A stretch of DNA of 64,000 nucleotides from Pusillimonas sp. UBA3987. Its GTDB lineage: Bacteria; Pseudomonadota; Gammaproteobacteria; Burkholderiales; Burkholderiaceae_B. The translations under genes and the position numbers were made by a program. Numbering within the stretch: the stretch's first letter is position 1; each line of letters opens with the position of its first letter. A model generated the notes under the pieces. It was not told where the DNA came from. It saw only the letters and a list, made by a program, of their open reading frames with translations, and did not search any database. Where the stretch lies: the NCBI GenBank assembly GCA_002384935.1, contig DGCD01000017.1, positions 18,680 to 82,679 of the forward strand, given 5' to 3'. Shown here piece by piece: positions 1 to 9,442 of the stretch.

Positions 1-57
1 CGCCATAACAGACAACAATAAAAACAAAAAAAGCCAGGACGAATTTAACGACTCTCA

Positions 58-1026
58 TCAGGATCCTTGTGTGGTTTTCAACGACAGCCCCTTGGGCAAG
101 GGAAATGCCACGTTTTCCTCTACACCGGGCAACGTTCTTACGGAAACCGCCCCCAATGCTTTCAACCGGGCAACGACGCTTTCAACCAGCACCTCGGGCG
201 CCGAAGCACCCGCAGTGAGACCCACCCGCTGTGTATTCTCGAGCCATTCGGGCTGGATCATATCGGGATCATCAATAAGATAGGCCTGCGCGCCGCCCCG
301 CTGCGCCACTTCACGCAACCGATTGGAATTGGAGCTGTTAACACTGCCCACTACCAACACGAGATCGCATTGCGGCGCCATGATTTTGACGGCGTCCTGA
401 CGATTCTGGGTGGCATAGCAAATATCGCTTTTCTTGGGCTCCACGATACCGGGGAAACGCGTACGCAAAGCCTGTGCCACTTTCGCCGCATCGTCCACCG
501 ACAGGGTGGTTTGGGTAACAAAAGCCACATTATCAGGATTGGTAACTTCCAGCTTCCAGACGTCTTCGGGTGTTTCAACCAAATACATGCCGCCTTCAGC
601 CTGACCCAGTGTGCCTTCCACTTCAGGGTGCCCGGGATGGCCAATCATGATAATTTCACGCCCCGCCTGGCGCATACGTGCAACTTCCACGTGAACCTTG
701 GTTACCAGCGGGCACGTCGCATCAAAAATCTGCAGCCCCAATTCCTGGGCTTGCTGGCGAACCTGTCGCGACACGCCGTGCGCCGAGAACACCACAATGG
801 CGCCTGCGGGCGCCTGGTCGAGTTCATCGATAAAAATAGCGCCCTTGTCACGCAAGTCATTCACAACAAAGCGATTGTGCACAATTTCATGACGCACATA
901 AATAGGCGCGCCATGAAGCTTAAGTGCACGTTCCACAATTTCAATTGCGCGGTCGACTCCCGCACAAAAGCCGCGCGGTTGAGCAAGCACAATCTCCGTT
1001 GCCGACAAATCGAGATGGTCAATCAT
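58..1026 (-). CDS. ispH: 4-hydroxy-3-methylbut-2-enyl diphosphate reductase (IspH/LytB)
   Basis: 322-aa ORF with [18 protein letters not shown]-terminus and full-length IspH-like sequence. ATG at 1026 shares one base with the stop of the upstream FKBP gene. Confidence 0.95.
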   Translation of the reverse strand: MIDHLDLSATEIVLAQPRGFCAGVDRAIEIVERALKLHGAPIYVRHEIVHNRFVVNDLRDKGAIFIDELDQAPAGAIVVFSAHGVSRQVRQQAQELGLQIFDATCPLVTKVHVEVARMRQAGREIIMIGHPGHPEVEGTLGQAEGGMYLVETPEDVWKLEVTNPDNVAFVTQTTLSVDDAAKVAQALRTRFPGIVEPKKSDICYATQNRQDAVKIMAPQCDLVLVVGSVNSSNSNRLREVAQRGGAQAYLIDDPDMIQPEWLENTQRVGLTAGASAPEVLVESVVARLKALGAVSVRTLPGVEENVAFPLPKGLSLKTTQGS

Positions 1027-1502
1027 TACATTACCCCCAGGAGCGCAACATCCAACCGCAAATCCGCCCCCGCCAGCGGGTGGTTGAAATCAAACAAAGC
1101 AGCATCATCCCTGCTTTCTTTACAAACACCGGAATATTTCAAACCCTCGGGCGAGGTAAACGTCACAATATCACCCGGCTCGTACTGCATGCCCGGCTCC
1201 GAATGCTGGTCAAGCAATTTACGCCCGACCCATTGAATCAACTCGGGGTTGCGATCGCCATAGGCCTGTGCCGCCGGTATGTCCGCAGAAAACTCGCTAC
1301 CTTCGCCACGACCCAGCAACACCGCCTCCAGGCTGGGTGACCATTGGCCCATGCCTAACTGCAACGTGGCGGGATTGCCGCTGAAAGTATCAGCAAACAC
1401 CGATCCCGCACCCGGACCGGAAGCAATAGTGATGCGGTAATGCAATGTCAGGTAGGAGTCCGACTGGACAAAAACGTTCACTGAGTCAGAGGGAGAGGTC
1501 AA
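1026..1502 (-). CDS. fkpB: FKBP-type peptidyl-prolyl cis-trans isomerase (SlpA/FkpB-like)
   Basis: 158-aa ORF with the [13 protein letters not shown] and FDFNHPLAG motifs of E. coli FkpB, in the classical fkpB-ispH order. The track start is TTG; a GTG seven codons downstream is an alternative start. Confidence 0.85.
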   Translation of the reverse strand: MTSPSDSVNVFVQSDSYLTLHYRITIASGPGAGSVFADTFSGNPATLQLGMGQWSPSLEAVLLGRGEGSEFSADIPAAQAYGDRNPELIQWVGRKLLDQHSEPGMQYEPGDIVTFTSPEGLKYSGVCKESRDDAALFDFNHPLAGADLRLDVALLGVM

Positions 1503-1553
1503 AATCTGTCACCGTTAAATATCTATATCAATTTGACCATTTTAGAGCTTCCA

Positions 1554-2255
1554 ATGAAACATCGCCTAACCCGGCCCCGGCCACCCCTGCACGCCTCTGC
1601 GAGCCGGGAACGACCACGCGAGCGTTTGCTTACCCATGGCGCCCAAAGCCTGACCAACGCCGAACTGCTGGCCATCATCTTGCGCACAGGCATGCGCGGC
1701 TGCGATGCGGTCGCCTTGGGCCAACAGCTTATCGACCGCTTTCGCGGGCTGAGAAGCCTGCTTAGCACCGACTCGGCATCCCTGTTGGAAATTACCGGAC
1801 TGGGCCATGCGAAGACCTGTGAACTGCTGGCCATTAATGAACTCAACAGACGTGCAATGCACGAAGAACTGGAACACGGCCACGCGCTGGATCAACCGGA
1901 GCGGGTCAAGCATTATTGCACTGCCACAATCGGCCACCGTAAAATAGAGCATTGCATGGCCTTGTACCTCGATAGCCAGTTTCGCCTGATTGAAAGCGAA
2001 GAAGTCTCCCGGGGCACCTTGACCCAGGCCTCGGTTTACCCGCGAGAAATCGTTAAGGCGGCATTGCGCCATCATGCCGCCGCCCTCATTCTGGCACACA
2101 ACCACCCTTCGGGTATCACCGAAGCCAGCCAGGCCGACCTCGCCCTGACAAGGCACTTGAAGAGTGCGCTTGCGTTGGTCGATATACGGCTGCTGGATCA
2201 CTTAATCGTGACTCCGACACAGGCTGTTTCTCTGGCTGAACAAGGGCGGGTATAG
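1554..2255 (+). CDS. radC: RadC-family JAB/MPN domain protein (UPF0758)
   Basis: ERPRERL..G...L.NAELLAIILRTG N-terminal HhH region and C-terminal HNHPSG JAMM-like motif. ATG at 1554 preferred over the TTG at 1533. Confidence 0.85.
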   Translation: MKHRLTRPRPPLHASASRERPRERLLTHGAQSLTNAELLAIILRTGMRGCDAVALGQQLIDRFRGLRSLLSTDSASLLEITGLGHAKTCELLAINELNRRAMHEELEHGHALDQPERVKHYCTATIGHRKIEHCMALYLDSQFRLIESEEVSRGTLTQASVYPREIVKAALRHHAAALILAHNHPSGITEASQADLALTRHLKSALALVDIRLLDHLIVTPTQAVSLAEQGRV

Positions 2256-2293
2256 GGTCCCGCTCTTACAAAGTGGAAAATCTGCAAAATAAC

Positions 2294-2322
2294 TCGACCT
2301 GAATCAATGTACATGCTAGAAT
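2294..2322 (+). promoter_or_regulatory. Candidate sigma-70 promoter of rpmE2 (tcgacc, 17 nt spacer, TGcTAGAAT extended -10)
   Basis: Sequence match only. The -10 tagaat lies at 2317-2322 and is preceded by TG. Confidence 0.3.
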
Positions 2323-2412
2323 TGATGGTTATCCTGGATACGTAGTGGCTGCTTTTTGAAAGAGGCAAGAACCAACTGGCGACCCGAAATTTTATTTATC
2401 AGGAATTTCACC

Positions 2413-2679
2413 ATGAGAGAAGGCATTCATCCCGAATACCGCGAAGTTGTTTTTCTAGATCAGCAAACGGGCAACAAGTTTATTTCTCGCTCAACTTTGC
2501 ATTCGCGTGAAACAACCGAAATCGACGGAAAAACCTATCCGCTCTTCAAGTGCGAAGTAACGTCGGAATCCCACCCGTTCTACACTGGTGCGCAAACACG
2601 CCTTGTAGAAACCGGCCGTGTCGAGAAATTCCGCGCCCGCTTTGCCCGCACCACCGGGACCCTGAAAAAAGGCGCCTGA
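2413..2679 (+). CDS. rpmE2: 50S ribosomal protein L31, type B (lacks the CxxC zinc motif)
   Basis: [14 protein letters not shown]...HPFYTG sequence without paired CxxC motifs. ATG at 2413 inside the longer track ORF. Confidence 0.9.
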   Translation: MREGIHPEYREVVFLDQQTGNKFISRSTLHSRETTEIDGKTYPLFKCEVTSESHPFYTGAQTRLVETGRVEKFRARFARTTGTLKKGA

Positions 2680-2731
2680 TATTGGTGGCAATGTAACGCT
2701 ATCCGCTTTGTCGCCCCTAACGCGACACTTG

Positions 2732-2758
2732 AAAAGGCAGCCAAACGGCTGCCTTTTT
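2732..2758 (+). terminator. Rho-independent terminator after rpmE2
   Basis: aaaaGGCAGCCaaacGGCTGCCttttt: a 7-bp GC stem followed by a T-run. Confidence 0.8.
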
Positions 2759-2798
2759 AATTTAAGATTCCTTTTTAGCTTCCTCCTACTGTCAGAAC

Positions 2799-4556
2799 GT
2801 GGCGCCTCATAATCCCAGATCCACTCCGGCACGACTCACCGCCCCGGCAACTGCAAAGCTGCCGAGGTTCTATTTGCTGCTGCTAAGCGTTATTTATATT
2901 TTTGCCGGCCTTTATTTTCGCGATCCATGGAAAACAGACGACGTAGTTGGCCTGGCCACGATGCTTACCGCGCTGAACGGCCCCGATCAGGCTGCCTGGC
3001 TACCCCAGATAGGCAGTTTTGCACATGCCCAGGACGGTCCGCTGGCCATGTGGGTCGGCGCGGCATTCATTAGCATTTTCACCCCCATTCTGGCGCTCTT
3101 CACCCAAACACTCGATGCGCAGATCATTGCGTCTCGCCTGCCCAACTTACTGTGGTTCGGCTTAATGGTTGGAACAGTATGGTACGCCACCTACCTTCTT
3201 GGACGCCGGCCCGAGCCGCAACCACTGCGGTTGCCATTCGGCGGTGAACCAACCGAACGTGATTATGGGCGCATGATTGCCGATGCTGCACTGCTGCTGA
3301 TTCTGGCAACGGCAGGCATTATGTGGCGGATGCACGAAACATCGGAAGTGCCGGTCATTATCGCCGTGCAAGCCCTGGCTTTTTATTCGATTGTTCGCAT
3401 GCTCGACCGTCCACTATCCGGCGCCATCACACTGGGCCTGGCAATTGGCGCAGCACTTTTGGCGCGCGGCTGGATTGGAGCCCTGCCAATTTACCTTGCC
3501 GTCGCCACTGCATTTTTGCCCACCCCGCTATTGCGAAAACGATTGAAATGGGTTGGTTTATCGGCGCTGATCGGCAGCGCACTGTGTCTGGCATGGTGGA
3601 TTCCCGCACAACACCTGAATCCCTACTGGGCCAGATACTGGTGGCTGTGGAATATCGAATCATTCACATTGCCCAGTTGGCGTGAGCTCCTGAGCATCTT
3701 TCGCGACTTGCCCTGGTTTCTTTGGCCGACGTGGCCATTTGCACTGATGGCATTATGGCAATGGCGCTCGTGGTTGCGTGCGCCTCACGTATGGCTGCCT
3801 CTGATGTTCGCGCTGTGGCCTCTGGTGACCATGCTATTCCTGGCCGACTCATTTGAGCCGGAATACAGCTTGATGGCAGTGCCTTTCGCAGTCATGGCCG
3901 CCTTCGCATTGCCAACCTTGCGCCGCGGCATGGTGAATTCACTCGACTGGTTTGCAGTAATGTGTTTTTCCCTCACCATCGCAACAGTGTGGCTGGGCTG
4001 GGTTGCGTTACAGGCAGGTTGGCCTGACCAGATATCCGATAATATCGCCCGCCAGACCGAAGGCTACCAAGCCTATGTTTCCTGGCCGGCGGTGACCATC
4101 GCATTGGCCGGAACCCTTTCCTGGCTGATACTGGTCCGGTGGCGAGTCCTGCACCGCCCCGCGGCCCTGTGGCGCGGCACTGTGCTGTCTGCGGGCGGAA
4201 TTGTGACCACCTGGCTGCTACTCGTGACGCTCTGGATGCCTGCGCTGGATTATGTACGCAGTTACCGCGATGTTTCGAACTCGCTCAGCCAGGCGATAGA
4301 AACTCACCAAAATAATAACGAATGTCTCCAGGCAATAGACCTGGGCGTAGGTCAACGCGCGGCATTTTATGTTTTCAATAACCTGGACCCCTCGGGCAAC
4401 AGAAACTGCACCCTGGCAATTATTCAAACAAGCCCGCAAGCACTGGCCAACGGCATACGACCACTGGGCAACAAGAGGTACACATTGCTGTGGGAAGGTA
4501 AACGCCGACCCGAACGCCGAGAACTCTTCCAGCTCGTTCGTATCCATGCAAAATGA
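2799..4556 (+). CDS. Polytopic membrane protein, GT-C fold (ArnT/PMT_2, GT39/83-like) glycosyltransferase candidate
   Basis: 585-aa ORF with more than 10 hydrophobic segments. It has an acidic motif after the first TM (FRDPWKTDD) and a soluble C-terminal domain. GTG start; the stop overlaps the MATE ATG (ATGA). Confidence 0.45.
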   Translation: MAPHNPRSTPARLTAPATAKLPRFYLLLLSVIYIFAGLYFRDPWKTDDVVGLATMLTALNGPDQAAWLPQIGSFAHAQDGPLAMWVGAAFISIFTPILALFTQTLDAQIIASRLPNLLWFGLMVGTVWYATYLLGRRPEPQPLRLPFGGEPTERDYGRMIADAALLLILATAGIMWRMHETSEVPVIIAVQALAFYSIVRMLDRPLSGAITLGLAIGAALLARGWIGALPIYLAVATAFLPTPLLRKRLKWVGLSALIGSALCLAWWIPAQHLNPYWARYWWLWNIESFTLPSWRELLSIFRDLPWFLWPTWPFALMALWQWRSWLRAPHVWLPLMFALWPLVTMLFLADSFEPEYSLMAVPFAVMAAFALPTLRRGMVNSLDWFAVMCFSLTIATVWLGWVALQAGWPDQISDNIARQTEGYQAYVSWPAVTIALAGTLSWLILVRWRVLHRPAALWRGTVLSAGGIVTTWLLLVTLWMPALDYVRSYRDVSNSLSQAIETHQNNNECLQAIDLGVGQRAAFYVFNNLDPSGNRNCTLAIIQTSPQALANGIRPLGNKRYTLLWEGKRRPERRELFQLVRIHAK

Positions 4557-5962
4557 ACGCAACCACGGGCACGCATTCTTTATTTTTCTATATCAAGGAA
4601 ACGCTCAGGCAAGCCTGGCCTATCCTGATTAGCGCGTGGGCAGGTATCGCATTCGGCGTACTTGACACGACCATGGTCGGACATGCCAGTGCCGCCGACC
4701 TGCAGGCCATGGCGCTATCGGTTTCAATTTATCTGACGGTTTTCATTGGCCTGATGGGGGTGGTTCACGCACTTATTCCCATCATTGGCCAACACTTCGG
4801 CGCACGACAGGCCGAACGGGTGGGATACGTTTGGGGGCAAGGAGTCTGGCTGTCTCTCGGGCTTGCCGGCGTTGGCAGTATCGCGCTTTTTTTTCCCGAC
4901 CTATGGTTGATGTTCTCCGGTACGATCGAGCCCGACGTTCGAGACCGCATAACGTGGTATCTGCGCATGTTGATTATCGCGCTTCCAGCCAGCCTGCTTT
5001 TTCGCACAATCTATTGCCTGGGTACCGCTGTATCACGCCCCAAGATTGTCATGACAATCAATCTGGCCAGTGTCGGTTTCAAGGCATTGTTCAACTGGAT
5101 TTTCATCTTCGGAAAATTCGGAATGCCCGCACTGGGCGCTGTCGGCGCCGGCCTGTCGTCAGCCATTGTGTCCTGGATGACGGTCGTGATCGGATTATGG
5201 GTTATTACCCATGACCCGTTTTTCAAGCCCTTTAAGATCAGACTTGCCCGCCCCGACTGGACAGAGCTTAAGTCATTGTTGCGCCTGGGCATACCCATGG
5301 GCGGCTCTTACCTGGTTGAAGTATGCGCTTTCACATTCATGGCCTTGCTGGTCGCCCGTGAAGGCATGTTCGTGACCGGGGGACACCAGATTATGGCTAA
5401 CCTGGCCGCACTGTGTTACATGCTGCCCATGGCAATTGGCATTGCCTCTGCCTCGCTGACCGCCCAGGCCATCGGTGCACAAGCCCCGCAACGTGCACTG
5501 CTGACAGGACGGGCCGGACTGGCCGTTGTACTCATGGGCGCCACGCTCACTGTCGGCATGGTTATTGTGTTCCGCGACCTGATTGTGTCGGCCTATACCG
5601 ACGATGCCCAGGTGACCGCCGTGGCTGTTTCGCTGCTGAAGATACTGCCCCTGTTCCTTTTCTGCGACGCCATGCAGTGCATCATGACCTATTTACTGCG
5701 CGCGTATAAGGTGGCGGTCGTTCCGCTTATCATGCAGGTGGTTGCACTGACGGCGTTTGGTTTGGTTGGGGGTTGGCTCCTGGGCTTTGGCCCCTGGAAA
5801 GGACTACTTCAACCCTTGCTGACTATCGTGATGCCCAACGCCCCGATCGGTGCCGGGAGCCTTTGGTTCATGGCCGCGCTGGGACTGGGCCTATCGGCAA
5901 TTCTGCTGAAATTCTGGTACGGCCGTGTCGTGCGCCAGTACCAGAATCAGTTCAAACACTAA
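4553..5962 (+). CDS. MATE family efflux transporter (NorM/DinF-like, MOP superfamily)
   Basis: 469-aa ORF with about 12 TM segments and a typical MATE N-terminus (LRQAWPILIS...LDTTMVGH). Confidence 0.85.
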   Translation: MNATTGTHSLFFYIKETLRQAWPILISAWAGIAFGVLDTTMVGHASAADLQAMALSVSIYLTVFIGLMGVVHALIPIIGQHFGARQAERVGYVWGQGVWLSLGLAGVGSIALFFPDLWLMFSGTIEPDVRDRITWYLRMLIIALPASLLFRTIYCLGTAVSRPKIVMTINLASVGFKALFNWIFIFGKFGMPALGAVGAGLSSAIVSWMTVVIGLWVITHDPFFKPFKIRLARPDWTELKSLLRLGIPMGGSYLVEVCAFTFMALLVAREGMFVTGGHQIMANLAALCYMLPMAIGIASASLTAQAIGAQAPQRALLTGRAGLAVVLMGATLTVGMVIVFRDLIVSAYTDDAQVTAVAVSLLKILPLFLFCDAMQCIMTYLLRAYKVAVVPLIMQVVALTAFGLVGGWLLGFGPWKGLLQPLLTIVMPNAPIGAGSLWFMAALGLGLSAILLKFWYGRVVRQYQNQFKH

Positions 5963-5965
5963 GCA

Positions 5966-7222
5966 CTAGCGGTAAATATAATTGCGGCGCCACGGATATG
6001 CTTCGTCGGAAGGATAATCCAGCTCGTCCTGCCGCCCGGTTGCCTTATGCTTTAACAACACCTGGTGCAAGGCAATCCAGCCTTGCTCAAAACCCAGTGC
6101 GCAACCCGCCAGATAAATACGATAGGCACGTAAAGACTTATCGCCCTGTTCTCCCGGCTTCAGGGTTTTGCGCGCTTGGTCGAGGTTTGCTTCCAGTGTA
6201 TCGCTCCAATGCCACAGCGTACGCGCATAATGCGGGCGCAGATTCTCGACATCGACGTCCTCCAGGCCACTTACCGCGACCTTTGCCAACTCGTTGCTGA
6301 TATGCGTGAGTTCGCCGCCGGGGAAAATATACTTTTCAATAAAGCGTCCCATGCCCGCACCCACTTCCGCGTTATACACACCGCCGGCAGTAATGCCATG
6401 GTTCATGATCAAACCGCCTGGGGCCAGCAAACGACGAAGTTTTGAAAAGTACTCTTCCAATTGAGCCCGTCCTACGTGCTCGAACATGCCAACGGAAGCG
6501 ATCTTGTCGTAGGGCCTGGATTCGTCCAGGTCGCGGTAATCAAGCAAGTTCATTCGCACCCGCCCGCTCAAGCCTTTCTCTTCGATCAAACGATTCACAT
6601 GTGCGTGCTGGTTTTTCGATAAGGTAATACCCGTGGCATCGACACCATAATTCTCGGCCGCCCAAAGCAACAAGCCACCCCATCCGGCGCCAATATCGAG
6701 AAAACGCTCACCTTTTTTCAAGTCGAGCTTGCGGCAAATGTGATCGAGCTTGGCTTCCTGTGCCTGCGCCAGCGCCATATCGGGCTCCCGGAAATAAGCA
6801 CACGAATACACGCGGCGCGGATCCAGCCAAAGCGCATAGAACTCGTCGGACAAATCGTAATGAAATTGAATCTGCTCAGCGTCGCGCGTGGTCGAATGAC
6901 GGCGAATCGATACCAAATGCCTGACCAGCGCCGTCAGCCAGCTGCCCTTGGCCGCGTCAACCGGGTTCTGATCCAAAATTGCAGCGGCCAGCTTCATCAG
7001 GTTGCGCATGCTGCCTTCAACCTCGAAACGACCTTCTACATAATCTTCACCCAGGTGACCGGCCTGACCGGTGGCAAAATTCACCAACGTTGCACGATCC
7101 TTGACGATGAGCTTCATTTCCGGGTTTGAAGCCCCAACCGTTTCACCCCCTGGCAACTGCATTTGCACTGCGATCGGCAACGCCGCCAGTTTTTTCTCTA
7201 TCATAGACAAAACCGAACTCAC
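5966..7222 (-). CDS. cfa: Cyclopropane-fatty-acyl-phospholipid synthase family SAM methyltransferase
   Basis: FHYDLSDEFY and LDIGAGWGG motifs; 418 aa. GTG start at 7222 with a GGGAG SD upstream. Confidence 0.85.
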   Translation of the reverse strand: MSSVLSMIEKKLAALPIAVQMQLPGGETVGASNPEMKLIVKDRATLVNFATGQAGHLGEDYVEGRFEVEGSMRNLMKLAAAILDQNPVDAAKGSWLTALVRHLVSIRRHSTTRDAEQIQFHYDLSDEFYALWLDPRRVYSCAYFREPDMALAQAQEAKLDHICRKLDLKKGERFLDIGAGWGGLLLWAAENYGVDATGITLSKNQHAHVNRLIEEKGLSGRVRMNLLDYRDLDESRPYDKIASVGMFEHVGRAQLEEYFSKLRRLLAPGGLIMNHGITAGGVYNAEVGAGMGRFIEKYIFPGGELTHISNELAKVAVSGLEDVDVENLRPHYARTLWHWSDTLEANLDQARKTLKPGEQGDKSLRAYRIYLAGCALGFEQGWIALHQVLLKHKATGRQDELDYPSDEAYPWRRNYIYR

Positions 7223-7432
7223 ACTCCGCTCCCTATGTAAACAAACAAAAACAAGTCTAGATACATACCCTCAGTACAGCTCTTTATATGCCGCACTCTT
7301 TTTGTGCCGTCAATTTAGCATTATTCTGTAAGAACGGGTAAGAGCCACGTTCTCCGAACTTTTACGCCATATTAACGAAATTCTGCTTAGACTAGCATTT
7401 CAATTTCTATTACACTGACGACTTTTGAACGC

Positions 7433-8659
7433 ATGCCTTCCCGTGTGGCGTGCCTTCAACAAAGTTCAATTATGATGAAAATTCCTGGATGGCTACTCCT
7501 GATGGGCGCACTGACCGCCCTGGGGCCGCTTGCCATCGATATGTATCTCCCGGCGTTTCCCAACATTGCACAAGGGCTGGGCGCATCACAAGGCGAAGTG
7601 GAAAGAACGCTGGCCAGCTATCTGTTTGGTCTTTCACTGGCCCAATTGGCGTATGGCCCGGTAGCCGACCGCTTTGGCCGCAAAAAACCCCTGATATTCG
7701 GCGTCACCCTGTTCACGCTGGCATCCATTGGTTGCGCCATGACCAACGATGTCACCCACCTCACCATCCTGCGCATTATCCAGGCCTTCGGCGGCGCTGC
7801 CGGCATGGTCATTCCCCGTGCCGTCATTCGTGACAACCTGGAAACACGCGATGCCTCAAAGGCGCTGTCTTTATTGATTCTTATCATGGGTGTCACCCCG
7901 ATTCTGGGGCCGATCCTTGGTGCGCAGGTCATGTTTATCGGCGGCTGGCGAGGTATTTTCGGCATCATGATCGTCTGCGGAATACTCCTTGTTTATGCCG
8001 CCGCGCGCCATATGCAGGAAACACTGCCGGTCGAAAAACAAATCCCGCTCAACATTCGCAATATCGGGCGTAACTATTGGGCATTGCTGCAGCATCGGCA
8101 GTTCATGTTTTACTCATTGGCCGGTGGCTTTGGTTCGGCGGGGTTATTCACCTATATTGCCGGCTCACCCAGGGTGTTAATCGACGTCTACGGGGTCGAC
8201 CCTGAATACTTCGGTTTTCTATTCGGCCTGAATGCCTTGTCGCTGATCATCATGTCTCAACTCAGCGCACGTCTATTGAACCACCACAGCCCGGAAAAAC
8301 TACTCAAGATGGCGCAAAACAGTATCGTTATCGCCGCTCTGGCCGGTGTTGTCCTGACACTGGCCGGCGTTCTTAACTTGTGGCTGTTCATGTTGTGTCT
8401 CATGGCGTTTATGGCCAGCCAGGGTTTTGTTCTTCCCAATTCAGGCGCCCTTGCATTGAATCATCAAGGAAAGCGCCTGGGTTCTGCATCGGCTTTGATG
8501 GGAACCATTCAAATGCTTTGCGGAACCATGGCCGGGCTGGCAATCAGTGCCTGGCACAGCGACACGCCTCTTCCCATGATGGGGTTGCTGCTGGTCAGCG
8601 CGGCTTTTTCGTGGCTTGCAGGACGCATGGCTTTCAACCGGCCTCCTAAAACCACTTGA
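7433..8659 (+). CDS. MFS transporter, Bcr/CflA drug-resistance subfamily
   Basis: GPLAIDMYLPAFP and VADRFGRKKP motifs; 12-TM profile. The real start may be the MM at 7472/7475. Confidence 0.85.
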   Translation: MPSRVACLQQSSIMMKIPGWLLLMGALTALGPLAIDMYLPAFPNIAQGLGASQGEVERTLASYLFGLSLAQLAYGPVADRFGRKKPLIFGVTLFTLASIGCAMTNDVTHLTILRIIQAFGGAAGMVIPRAVIRDNLETRDASKALSLLILIMGVTPILGPILGAQVMFIGGWRGIFGIMIVCGILLVYAAARHMQETLPVEKQIPLNIRNIGRNYWALLQHRQFMFYSLAGGFGSAGLFTYIAGSPRVLIDVYGVDPEYFGFLFGLNALSLIIMSQLSARLLNHHSPEKLLKMAQNSIVIAALAGVVLTLAGVLNLWLFMLCLMAFMASQGFVLPNSGALALNHQGKRLGSASALMGTIQMLCGTMAGLAISAWHSDTPLPMMGLLLVSAAFSWLAGRMAFNRPPKTT

Positions 8660-8863
8660 TATAAATACACTTTTCGTATTAGAATAGCAGGCTTAGTTGA
8701 AATCAATTTCAAATCCAATTAATCCGATTTTGGGTTTTACTTAATTACTACTTTATTGCTACACACCTTGCAAAATGCATTTGCCACGGCGCAATTGCTA
8801 CGGCTTTGAAAAAGATGCGGCCGGGCAAAATGCAACAAGGTCAGGTAGAAAAGGGGCAAAATT

Positions 8864-9100
8864 ATGGCACGCGTATGCCAAGTGACAGGCAAAGGCCCGA
8901 TGGTGGGCAACAACGTTTCACACGCTAACAACAAGACCAAGCGTCGTTTTCTTCCCAACCTGCAAACACGTCGTTTCTGGGTTGAAAGTGAGAACCGCTG
9001 GGTTCGCCTGCGTGTCAGCACCAAAGCCCTGCGCACCATCGACAAAAACGGCATCGAGGCCGTTCTGGCCGACCTCCGCGCACGCGGCGAAGCTGTTTAA
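8864..9100 (+). CDS. rpmB: 50S ribosomal protein L28
   Basis: [29 protein letters not shown] sequence. Confidence 0.97.
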   Translation: MARVCQVTGKGPMVGNNVSHANNKTKRRFLPNLQTRRFWVESENRWVRLRVSTKALRTIDKNGIEAVLADLRARGEAV

Positions 9101-9128
9101 CTTATTGCTAGCGTAAAGGAAACTTATC

Positions 9129-9296
9129 ATGGCTAAAGGTATTCGCGAAAAGATCAAGCTCGAGTCCACCGCTGGCACGGGCCACTTCTATACCACCACC
9201 AAAAACAAACGCAACATGCCCGAGAAAATGCTGATCAAGAAATTTGATCCCGTAGCACGCAAGCATGTGGACTACAAGGAAACCAAGCTTAAATAA
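9129..9296 (+). CDS. rpmG: 50S ribosomal protein L33
   Basis: 55-aa ORF, below the track cutoff and read by hand: [55 protein letters not shown]. Sits directly after rpmB. Confidence 0.93.
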   Translation: MAKGIREKIKLESTAGTGHFYTTTKNKRNMPEKMLIKKFDPVARKHVDYKETKLK

Positions 9297-9317
9297 GCCC
9301 TGAAGCTTGGCCCTGAG

Positions 9318-9342
9318 AACCCTGCCCCGGCAGGGTTTTTTT
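9318..9342 (+). terminator. Rho-independent terminator after rpmB-rpmG
   Basis: AACCCTGccccggCAGGGTTttttt. Confidence 0.8.
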
Positions 9343-9442
9343 ATATCCGATCACACCGGGCACCGTCTTTCGCGCCGGCCAGAAACGCAAGACCGCCATG
9401 CACCCTATAATGTGGGGTTTGCACTTATACCGACCCACCTAA

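Noticed and set aside
67-1236. A 389-aa plus-strand ORF antisense to ispH/fkpB. Similar long shadow ORFs occur at 9662-10678 (antisense to leuS), 19512-20186 (gamma-CA gene), 40662-41264 (BI-1 gene) and 55548-56255 (plsX).
   Set aside because: I checked that each lies in the codon-aligned antisense frame of a well-supported gene. In that frame, stops correspond to the rare sense codons TTA, CTA and TCA, so long open frames are expected. The translated sequences are low-complexity R/G/H-rich with no recognisable motifs.
2256-2412. Looked for a Zur box upstream of the zinc-independent L31 paralog rpmE2.
   Set aside because: I found only a loose ATCAAT-N12-ATTGAT repeat and distant ATAAC/GTTAT arms. 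Nothing resembles a compact AT-rich Zur palindrome, so I cannot claim zinc regulation from sequence.
8770-8861. GCAAAAT(GCA) occurs three times (8770, 8825, 8855) upstream of rpmB, once within a small palindrome GCAAAatgcaTTTGC.
   Set aside because: It is a short A-rich heptamer in an AT-rich promoter region, the spacing is irregular (55 and 30 nt), and chance occurrence is plausible. It is not strong enough to call a regulatory repeat.
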